From Guillardia theta CCMP2712 (Eukaryota > Protista > Cryptophyta): DNA of 64,000 nucleotides. A program made the position numbers and the translations under genes. Shown here piece by piece: positions 26,301-38,320 of this stretch. The DNA is taken from NCBI RefSeq assembly GCF_000315625.1, contig NW_005434618.1:316429-380428 (forward strand), given 5' to 3'. Each line of letters begins with the position of its first letter. The first letter of the stretch is position 1. The notes beneath the pieces were generated by a model, which did not search any database, had not been told where the DNA came from, and saw nothing but the letters and a program-made list of their open reading frames with translations.

Positions 26301-29300
26301 CGCCATCTTCTCAGCTCAAGTGGCTGCTGGGCCCGTCAAGGTGTTCTACTCGATCGGCACCGACAGCTCTCTCCCCCTCATGCAGGAGGCCAGCTGGGCA
26401 GAGGCAGGAGGGTCAGGGCAAGTCCTGCTGGGCGCCGGCAACATCTCCCAGCTCAACTTCATCACAGGAGAAGTCCCATCCTTCGCAGGTCCCAGGAGGA
26501 GCTTCAGGCTCGACACGGACCCCTGCTCGCTCTCCGTCGACTCTCCTTGCCAGGTCCACGAGATGTGCGTCAGCATACCGGACCCTCTCTCCTCCCCCTC
26601 CTTCTGGTGCATCCCAAACATCAAGTACTGCCTCCCCGGCTACGCCTACTCCCCCCTTAATCTCAGCTGCCAAGCGTGTCCTCCCAACACTTTCAAGAGC
26701 AAGAACTGCCAGCAGGACTGCGGCGTCTGCCGCTCCTGCCCTCCCCGTTCCTTCAGCCCCCCGGCCAGTGTTATCGACTACGACTGCTCCTGCCCCGATC
26801 GACTTACAACTCTGCAAGAGTTCACCCTGCCCTTCGTCCGCGGGTACCAGGTGACTTCTAGTTTTGACCTCCTCGCATATTCCCAGTCCTCCTCCCCTGT
26901 GCTCCCTTCCCCCCTAACACAACCGTCACCCATTACCGTTCATCCTCTCTCCCCTTCCTCCCCGCCCTCCCCTCTCTCACCCCTCCCCTCCTCCTTCCCC
27001 TCCCCTCTCACTATCCCTCCTCCCCATCCTCCTCCGCTCCCCTCAGCTCTTCTGGCGCAGGTCTGGGAGGAGATTGACAAGTGGGGATACGTCTCCAGCA
27101 TGCCACTGCCCTGGGGCGAGACGAGCCAAGTGAGCTGGCAGGAAGTTCTCAACCTGACTCTGTCAGGGTCTGCCAGCATCCTTGGTACCTCCACTCAACT
27201 GTTGAACAGCGACCAGCAGCGTAAGCTGCACTTTCAAGGTTTCAAGTGTTTGCAGGACGGGGTTGTGCATTGACTCGATCATCTCAGATTGGTGTAGTCA
27301 TGTTCTCGTCAGCAACAATCGCGAGTTTTACGCTTCCCTGACGAGCGATGGGGCCCTTGAGATCAGAAACAGCACAAGTGATGAGATCCAATGGAGGTCT
27401 CGATCCGGCCCCCTACTGGTCAGTTGTACCAACAGCTCCTCTCCTCCTCTCGCTATCTCTTTTCTTCTCTGTTCTCCTCTTCTCCCCTTCCCCCTCCTTC
27501 CGTGCCTCTCCTCCTCTTCTCCCCTCGCATCTTTTCTCATCTTCTGCTCTCCTCTCCTCTCCTCTCCTCTCCTCCTACTTCTGCTCCTCTCCATGATCCC
27601 TTCTATAGGAGAACTCGATCTGTTACCATGAGCTTCCCACGGATCTCGTCAACTTCACCTTCCAACTCTCCGACCAAGGGGCTCAGATCGTCTTCTCGCC
27701 ATCATCTGAGGGTACCAGCCCGGTAGTTTGGCCGCAGGTGAATCGAGCATCCTGATCGAAGTGCCCCTCCTCCCTCCTTGTCCCTCCTCCTCTCCTACCT
27801 GCTCTCTGCGTTCCCTTGCTACCTGCTCCCTCCCTCCCTCCATTCTCGCTCCCTCCTCGCTCCTTCCTCTCATCTTGCTATCTTTCCTGCTCTCGGTACT
27901 ACTCCACCTCCTCCCTATTCATCCTCCTCGTCCTCTTCCCCTTCCCTCCGCTCCTGACTCTCTCACTCGCAGCTCGACAACAACGACATGCATCCTTCCG
28001 ACTCCGTCATCCTCCGGGACGACGGCTCCCTTGTGGGCGCAAACTCCTCCTCGCTGGTATGGCAGACGATAGCTGGAGATCTGCTGGGAAACTTCTGGAT
28101 GTGCTACATGGACCAGTGCTGCTGGTCGAGCAAGATGAGCACGGGAGGGTCGCAGAAATACCTCAGGTGAGCACCTGCTGGGAGAAGAGGGGGAGGGGAG
28201 GGGAGGAGGGAGGAGGGGTTCTTAGAGAGGGGGAAAGGAGGGTCGTGCGTCCATGGTAGGACTGACGAGGAAGAACAGGAGGAGGGCGGGTGCGAACGAG
28301 AGCGTCACGTGCGAAGACTCGATCTTCAGCGTCGCCTCGGGGATGAGATTCTCCGTCGGCAACGGGAGCCTGTCGCTCTACTCTAGCGACTCGACCAGCG
28401 CTGTCATGTCCTCCCAAGGTACCTTGCTCTCTCCGTCCTCCTTGCTGCTCATCGCTCCTCCTGCTCCGCTGCCCTCTGAAACCTCTTGCAGTGCTCGATG
28501 TCGGGGACAGCGACTCTCTTCTCTACTTCTGCCCCTATGGCCTCTGCTTCTCCTCCCTGGACTCGACGTCAGCTCCCCTCAGCACTGTCCTCGTCCAGAA
28601 TCTCTCCGAAGCCATCCTCCATCGCTTCACCTGCGAGTCCTCGGGGTCGGTTCTTCGCGCTCCTACTGGCCTCCTGGAGGCCTCCCACCCTCACAACGTC
28701 TCCCGCAACTGCTCTTGGACCGTGCTCCCCTGCGCCAACCGCTCGCTCCGCCTCTTCATCTCAGCTGAGACTTTCCAGCAAGGGCAGGAGAACTGCTCGG
28801 CTACCGGCAACTTCCTCTCGATCAGTTTGTGCCAAGACTCCTCCTGCTCGTCGTTCCAGCAGGAGCTCACGATCTGCCCTGCCGGCCGCGAGAAGTTCTT
28901 TCTTGCGACCAGCCCGGGAGTGGGAGTCAAAGTCTCCTACGTGGCCGATGTCAATGTGATTTTGACAAGCTCGGAAAAGACTCCAGCAGGCTCCAGCCAG
29001 CTGGAGGTCAACATATCGAACTCTTCCACCTTCAATACGTCAGATGTCAACTCTACTAGTGCCAACAGTACGTACCTCAACACGTCGAACGCAACCAACG
29101 CCAGCTCAGTACCAGCTGGGGCAAGTAGCATCGCGGTTGACTCGTGGTTCTCGGCCTCCTGGTTTCAAGAGCCCGTCGACGACCTCGGGGGCTGCAACTT
29201 CACCTGGACGAGTCAGAACGGCACCAACTACAGCAGCCTCAAGCTGAACGGGAGCAGCATGGAGGGGCCCTGCAGCTGGATCCTGGAGGCGAGCAACGGG

Positions 29301-29825
29301 AGCGTCGTTTCGTTTATCGTCAACGAGCTCCAGGGCGCAAACTCGTCGGGTTGCGGCGACTTTTTGCTGGTCGAGACGTGCGATGGCGTCTCCTGCTCCA
29401 GCTGGACGCCAGCTGAGAAGATCTGCGCGAGGGCGGGAGTGACGGCCAAGATCTTCCACACGAGCGAAGGCGGGAGGATGAGGGTGACAGTGGGGAGCGA
29501 GGAGACGATTTCCTCCTCCTTCGCCCTCCTCGCCTCCTGGATCGAGTCTTCGGTCCACGTAGGGAGGTCAGCAGCAAAACCCCTTCCCTCCGTGATGCCA
29601 TACTTCCCTCCGTCCCCTTCCCCTGCCTCCTCCTCCTCCTCCTCCTCCTCCTCCTCCTCCTCCTCCTCCTCCTCCTCCTCCTCCTCCCTTTCCCTCTCTC
29701 CCACTTCGCCTCCCTCTTCTTCCGTAACTCTGACTTGCATATCCTTGTACAGGTCACTGACTCTCGAAGCGGACGGGGCTCTTGTCATTCTGACAGCAAC
29801 TGACATTTTCCCATTTCGGTTCTAG
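17317..29825 (+). CDS. Giant secreted/surface protein (>3500 aa): two kinds of Ig-like beta repeats, LamG-like segment, TNFR/GCC-type Cys repeat, bulb-lectin-like and CUB-like domains
   Basis: ORFs 17681-18298, 18507-21209, 21262-27273 and 28491-29825. About 10 repeats of LxGxT..G.A.FxDLxI...GxxYxLxF and 6 of IxQSxx(W/Y/F)PGxxNxIxIxLxxN. Also CQACPPNTFK..CRSCPPRSFSP, ASLTSDGALEIRN..QWRS, NCSWTV and CSWILEA. Hydrophobic leader near 17317-17472. Apparent frameshifts at ~21135-21240. Confidence 0.8.
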
Positions 29826-30024
29826 CGGAGGAAGAAGCTGATGTGGAGAATGTTTCACCAAGTCTTGTAAATAATTGTTTCCACATTCCTCCTCCTCCAC
29901 CCACTCTGTCCTCCCCTCCCCCGCTGACCTCGTCTCCTCCCCCTCTCTTCCTTCTTCTGGTCTTCTACCTCATTGCTCTGCCAAGAGCGTGAGGAGCAAA
30001 CGAGAGCACCTTTCCCTCCCTTAC

Positions 30025-32052
<2,028 letters not shown>

Positions 32053-32342
32053 CGTGTTCAATGAGGTTCAAGTCAACCCAAGCGACTCAAGGTTTGTTTG
32101 CTCTACCGTCTGTTTTACTGTGTGTTGAGGGCCGGGAATGTTCCTTGCAGCAAGTTTCTGCCAGTCACCGTGACGGTATGCTGTTATTTCCTTATCGACA
32201 TCATCATCATCATCATCTCTTCTCCTTCTTCTCCTCTCCTCTCATCCCTTCTTTCCTCATTGCCGCACTTGTCAGTTGCTTGACCATGACCCTGCCGTTA
32301 CAAATTGTAACGATTCAGGTCAAGCATCTTGTTGGGGTCGAC

Positions 32343-35300
32343 ATGGCCGGGCATTGTAGCGACTGCGAGGTAAAAGAGCAGCAGCGATGAGAAGCTTGTT
32401 TGCGCTGATGACCATACTGATGCACATGCTTGCTCTGCTCCTCTGCATCATCGCTTGCCTTTGCTGTCTCACGCGAAAGGCAACTGCTTGTCTCTTGACA
32501 CGACATATTGCAGATCGAGCTCAGCCATGACACTGCAGACACCTCGAAATGCGTAAGACCAGTAGCTGCTTGTTGCAGCCATCTGACTTCAATCTTTCAT
32601 GCTTCGGGATGAAACGGCGCTCTTGCTTGTGCGGGAGGGACACAGCGGGTAAATATCTGTATTGTTTCAATGAGTTCATTCAGGGATCGGGTGGTTGACA
32701 TCTGTTCTTTTCAACCTTTGGTAAACAAATTGAATGCACCTTTGACGGGCCGGAATAGCGAGTGAGTATCATCTTGTAAATGCCCTCATGGAACAATCGT
32801 TAACATCGCTTTGCATTTTTTTCTGTTGCATTTATACGGCTGCTTAGAATGTAAGAAATAACTAGAAATCATAATCTCAACGATTGATTGGACTGAAATT
32901 ATTTCTTTCGATTTGTTCTGATTGGATGGCCTGTTGAGGGACTGGATAGGGAGTAAGTGACAATTCAACATGATTCCTGCTACGCGATGGGTTGAATGAC
33001 TTTTTTTGACGTTCTTGTCGTGGAAACTGTTGCTGGGCCTGGATAGCTTGTAAGTTTCATCTTGAAACTTGCAGTCAGGCATTGGACTGATATTTCGAAT
33101 TTCAAATCACTTATTTTTCACTTGGATGGGTTTGTTGAGGATAGAATGTAAGTCGCCTTCGCTTCGCTGAAGGATGCAATTGAGAGAAGATACGCTGACA
33201 TCAGTTTGGCAACCGTTTTGGTTATGCTCGGATGGACTGTTGATGGTGTTGGATAGTACGTAAGTGACAAGTCAAAAATGATTGTCTCTAAGATCTGAGA
33301 TCCTTTGGACTGACATTTGTGATGCTTCCTGGGTTGTTGCTGGATTTCTGGATTGTTGCTATTGGAGACAGCGAGTCAGTATCATATGCAAGAATGCAGT
33401 TCGATCATAAAACTGACGTTTTCCTGGATGTGGCATGTGTTGGCTGCTCTGACGAACTGACTATTGGTCTTGACAGCGAGCGGTAAGTGATGATTGGGAG
33501 AGATGCTCTCAGATCGTTGAACTGACTAGTGTTTGGCAAATTTCGATTGTTATGCTTCTTGGATCAATGCAAATCTGGTGTCTATGTAGGTTGTAAGTAT
33601 CCATGAGAAGTGAAGAAAATCAAAGATCGAGTGGAACTGACATTGTTTTTGCCTTCTCTACCTGTTTTCCTCCTGGGCTATTCACTGGGTCTGGACAGCT
33701 TGTGAGTAGCAAATACTGCAATGCCTGTCTGACACCGACTGACTGACGTTTTTATTTATCACATAACTGGATTCGGGGACTGAGCGGAATAGTTTGTGAG
33801 CGTCTTGTTGAATAAGCTCTTGTGAGAGACTGACATTGATTCTTCTCTTTCCGTTTGTCTTGCCAACCCATGCACGCACTTGAATTGGCCCATCAGTGCT
33901 GTGTAAGCGATTTCTTCATCCTGTGTCTGTCTGCAGACCTGACGTTGCTTGTGTTTGGACATGCTGTCGCACACCTTGTAGAATGTAAGTTTGCGCTCTT
34001 ATACGATCATCGGTGATTGTTCTACTATCTTGACTGATTGGCTCAGTGTGCCCATGCTCGAGGATGGTCGAAATACGACAAGGTAAACAATCGCTTTAAG
34101 GACTGACATATGAAGTGACGGCCGCTGTCAGGAGGCATGTTGCCACTGCAAGACACGACTAGTAGAGAAGAGGGAGGAAGAGCAGCGCAAGCTGAAAGAG
34201 CAGGAGGAGCAGCGCAAGCTGAAAGAGCAGGAGGAGCAGCGCAAGCTGAAAGAGCAGGAGGAGCAGCGCAAGCTGAAAGAGCAGGAGGAGCAGCGCAAGC
34301 TGAAAGAGCAGGAGGAGCAGCGCAAGCTGAAAGAGCAGGAGGAGCAGCGCAAGCTGAAAGAGCAGGAGGAGCAGCGCAAGCTGAAAGAGCAGGAGGAGCA
34401 GCGCAAGCTGAAAGAGCAGGAGGAGCAGCGCAAGCTGAAAGAGCAGGAGGAGCAGCGCAAGCTGAAAGAGCAGGAGGAGCAGCGCAAGCTGAAGGAGCAG
34501 GAGGAGCAGCGCAAGCTGAAGGATCTGTTGGCGATGGAATACCCCAAGCTAGAGCATGTGGAGTTGAATCTTGCTGTTGATCGAGCCATCAGAATTCAAG
34601 AAAGCACGGACAGGTCGAAGTCTGGCCTGTACTTCATCTTCAAATGCATGGTGAAGGTTGATAACGTGCAAAGAAAAGGGATACTGAAAGCAGCAAAAGA
34701 TAAAACAAGCGAGGCAAAGCTGCGTCGTGAACTTTTGTTCTACACCAAGATCCATAGGGACAGCAATGCACAAAATTATATCGTCAAGGATATATACATG
34801 GAGGAGAAATGGAGTGTGGACGGTTGCTGTGGTTTTCTTGCCATAGTTACAGAGCGAGCAAAGCAATCTCTTGCAGACTGGATTGCTGAGACTGATTTTG
34901 AAACACGTCAAGATCACAAACTGGGGATCTGCCGGCAGCTGGGGAGAGTTGTTTCTTACCTACACAAGCAAAATCTGGTATGGCTTGCAGTGAAGCCTAC
35001 TAACTTTCTCATGTTCAAAAACCACAAGATCAAGGCTGTAGACTTTGATTCTGCAGATATGGTCGGGGCTAATGTGACCCGACGGAGTTTTGCATACAGC
35101 GCACCAGAACTGATGTTGAGAGACTCTGTTGCAGCTTCTTTCCTGATGGACGCTTGGTCCTTGGGAATGACCATCTTCGAAGTTTTTACAGCTAGAAGCC
35201 TCTGCGCCTTGTTGGGACTGAGCAATGAGGATGACGTAGTACGGTTCTGGAACAACGATGGGAGTGAAAGACTACTACAAGAGAAAGCAGGAGAGGTGTT

Positions 35301-36655
35301 GTCAAGCTCCAGTACTGACACGAGCCTGAATCATTTACTCTTCGGAAGAGACGGAGTCGGTGGCCTGCTGAGGGTGCAGACTTGCAGACGAAGCTCCGTG
35401 CTGCAGAGCATGCAAGATCGATCCCTCTTCACGGACCAAGAAACGGTCGTAGGGATTCACGCCCAGCTGAAAAATATACAACAGACTCTGGAACAAATCA
35501 AGGGTCAAGTCAGCCTCCTGCATCCTCTCATCTGCGAGGGGCTTGACGGCATCATCGCTCAGGCTGCAACCAACGACAGAGTGCAGGAACAGTTGAAGAG
35601 GCTGAGCATCAGCCTGCAGCAGATACCCGACGTGACCAACGACCGGATTGACTCTGACGACATTCGGAGCTATCTCAAGGAGATCTACAAGGCGGTAAAG
35701 GCTTGTTCCACGACATCCTCAGGCAACTCCTCCTTCTGTCTAGAAGACGTCAGTCGCACTCTCAAAGAAGCTCTTGCGCACTGTCAGAACGCGCGCAGCA
35801 GAGAGGAGAAGGAGATGCTCAGCAAGGTGCTCGAGCAGACTGCAGCCATGAAGTCTCAGCTGGACAGGGTTGAGAATCACATGACTGACATCAGATCAAA
35901 CCTCAAGAGGGCAGTCGCGACTAGTCGGTCAGCGGTGGCCTCATTGAATGAGCTCTGTCTGGCAGAGTCTCGTGACAGGTTGGCTCCGTACTTTGTCTGG
36001 ATCTACCCAGCTGAGCGCAAGAAAAGCCTGTTGAGCCGATTGAACCCGGAGAACTGGGTCTACCAAAGAGTTCACATCCGATTCATCTGTCCTGTCAGTC
36101 TACGGATCTGCGAGCAAGGGTTTCAAACTGTGGAGATGAAGAGCTGGTTCAAGCGAGCGCTCCCCTATCTCAAGGCTGCCTTGCTCGTCCTGGAGATCGC
36201 TCTCAACGGCGCTGCTGGCAGCATTGGCCTGCCATGCCCGGCCCTCGGAGGTCAGATACCCCGAGAGACGCGCGAGCTGGAAGCGGTGAAGGCTCTCAGC
36301 GCCTTCGTGACAGAGGTGGCGGTGAAAGAGCAAGTGGACCTGGAACCCATCGAGAGCTATCTGAGGGGTCGGGGAGGAGGGCAGGGGCTGTTGGAGGCGA
36401 GTCGTCGTAGCCTGAGAAGCAGCAACAGAGTTGTGGCAGAGCTGATGGAAACTATTGACAGGTGAAAGGCGCTGTCTGCGATGAAGCTTGTTCTAACAGC
36501 ATGGCAGGGGATGGGTGGACAAGACCGGGCTCAAGTTCGTGACTGCCGAGGATGGATCTGTGGAGTGGGTACATCCGTCGGTAGCAGAGAACTTCAGGAG
36601 AGACGGAAGGAGGATGTTCTCTCCGCTACAAGCTCCTTCCGTAGCTCCGCCTTGA
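32343..36655 (+). CDS. RING-like Cys domain (micro-exon encoded) + coiled-coil repeat + protein-kinase-like (pseudokinase) domain + coiled coil + Roco/TORNADO1-like C-terminal region
   Basis: Proposed exons: 32343-32369, 32514-32552, 14 micro-exons (32646-33984), 34047-34082, 34132-36461 and 36508-36655. All join in frame with ORF 34528-36465. Kinase motifs GILK, LVWLAVKPTNF, AVDFD, YSAPE and DAWSLG. Confidence 0.8.
32646..33984 (+). other. Array of 14 phase-0 micro-exons (3 or 6 nt)
   Basis: Each is AG|exon|GTRAG-like: CGG 32646-48, CGA 32759-61, AAT 32848-50, GGA 32950-52, CTT 33047-49, AAT 33145-47, TAC 33257-59, CGA 33372-74, CGAGCG 33477-82, GTT 33590-92, CTT 33699-701, TTT 33793-95, TGCTGT 33897-902, AAT 33982-84. 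Confidence 0.88.
34174..34521 (+). repeat. Coding 27-bp tandem repeat x13 encoding (EEQRKLKEQ)n
   Basis: Unit GAGCAGCGCAAGCTGAAAGAGCAGGAG, almost perfect, in frame with the kinase ORF. Confidence 0.97.
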
Positions 36656-37570
36656 TCGACATCTCGATCTTGAGCTCCTCCTTGTTGCAGCTGCTCGCCA
36701 TCAACGCTGCATTCGCGTTCCTGCTTCTGCTGTTCTCGTCCTTCATCCCTCTGAGGCAGCCCGATCTGCCCTATCACGGCCCCCTGCAGAATTCCATGAT
36801 AACCCGCTTTCACACGGCAGCCCGTGTGAAAGCTTAGTGAGATAGAGAAAAGGTTATTGAAACTCCTTGCCGAGCAACTGATATTGAAACACACGTCATC
36901 AAGATGATAACGTAGCTTGCAACCGTCGAACACCGTTCAACGGTTGCAAGCTCTTCAAGCTCTGAAACCTACCTGTGAGCTCCAACTTGACCGTCCTGTC
37001 AAAGACCTTCCCCACCCTCCGGGTCAGAGTTTCTTGATGTGCTTTTGCTTGCCGCTCAAGGTTGTTCCAGGGACACTGCGAAACGACAGTGCAAGCCCTG
37101 CACCAACTTGCAACGCACCTCCTCCTCATCCTCCCGCCTGTCTCCGCACCAGGGCCTCCGCCGTGGAGTCTATGCACACCAGCCCACTGCAAGTAAAGCC
37201 ATTAGGTTATGAGCTGAAGTCCAGCTGACTCATTGAGTCACTCAATGCAGCTTGTCAAAGGTTGCCAAAGCGCAACACTGAAACAAAGTTAAGCCAAGTT
37301 TACTTCCGAAGATACGGTCAGGCTGCTTGGCATCCCAGTCACAGGGTTTTAAATTGAGTCAAGTGTAAGTTGGGCCCGGCCCCGGCCCGACGGCCCGACA
37401 CCCGGCCGGGTCGAGTCACTGAGTCAAGTTCAAAGACTCGCACCGTGGCACTGAGAGCACAGTGACCGCCGTCCGATCCCCGGGCCCCGGCCCGGGACGG
37501 TAACCAGCCTCGGAACGTTACAAGCCGTTGTACCTTTCTTTCCGTTGATACCAACCGTTGCGTTTTTGAA

Positions 37571-38022
37571 GCTCTCTTCCATGCTCAAGCTTCTCCTCGC
37601 TCTCTTCCATGCACGAGCTTCTCCTCGCTCTCTTCCATGCACGAGCTTCTCCTCGCTCTCTTCCATGCTCAAGCTTCTCCTCGCTCTCTTCCATGCACAA
37701 GCTTCTCCTCGCTCTCTTCCATGCACAAGCTTCTCCTCGCTCTCTTCCATGCACAAGCTTCTCCTCGCTCTCTTCCATGCACAAGCTTCTCCTCGCTCTC
37801 TTCCATGCACAAGCTTCTCCTCGCTCTCTTCCATGCTCAAGCTTCTCCTCGCTCTCTTCCATGCACAAGCTTCTCCTCGCTCTCTTCCATGCACAAGCTT
37901 CTCCTCGCTCTCTTCCACGCACAAGCTTCTCCTCGCTCTCTTCCATGCACAAGCTTCTCCTCGCTCTCTTCCACGCACAAGCTTCTCCTCGCTCTCTTCC
38001 ATGCACAAGCTTCTCCTCGCTC
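37571..38022. repeat. 28-bp minisatellite, ~16 copies
   Basis: Unit GCTCTCTTCCATGCACAAGCTTCTCCTC with single-base variants and no spacers. Confidence 0.97.
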
Positions 38023-38320
38023 GATTGTCTCGAGTATTTCATGAAATCTGCGTCAGCCTGATATTTCTTTGCTTCAGATGAAAGTTGCTCTTTCCGACGT
38101 GACCAACGAAAGTTCACATGAAGTTCCTGCACAGACAGGTTCGAATACTTCCTCTGACTCCGATTGGTTTCCTCTATTGCTCAACTCATTTCTTGCTCAA
38201 AAGTGATTGTTGATGGCCTTTTTGAAAGGTGCAAAACATAGCGAGCTGAAGACAACCACCAAGTCATCGAAGACGAGAGTATCTAACCCAATAATCTCAA
38301 AAGAAGTAGTTGTTGGTCAG

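Noticed and set aside
32370-32513. Possible extra micro-exon or recursive site at ~32479 (AAAG|GCAACT) in the 144-bp intron
   Set aside because: No GT donor follows and the residual intron would be only ~34 bp, so it cannot be supported without reads.
32553-34046. Short ORFs (32786-33082, 33682-33879, 33759-33974) or a repeat-spacer array in the AT-rich region
   Set aside because: The periodicity is explained by splice signals around micro-exons, and the ORFs have no protein-like features.
34128-34589. Cys/Ser-rich (CSSCSFSLR)n and (AAQAERAGG)n ORFs
   Set aside because: Alternative frames of the 27-bp repeat. Only the EEQRKLKEQ frame is continuous with the kinase.
37571-38022. CRISPR-like array
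   Set aside because: Units are head-to-tail with no unique spacers, no cas genes are present, and the context is eukaryotic.
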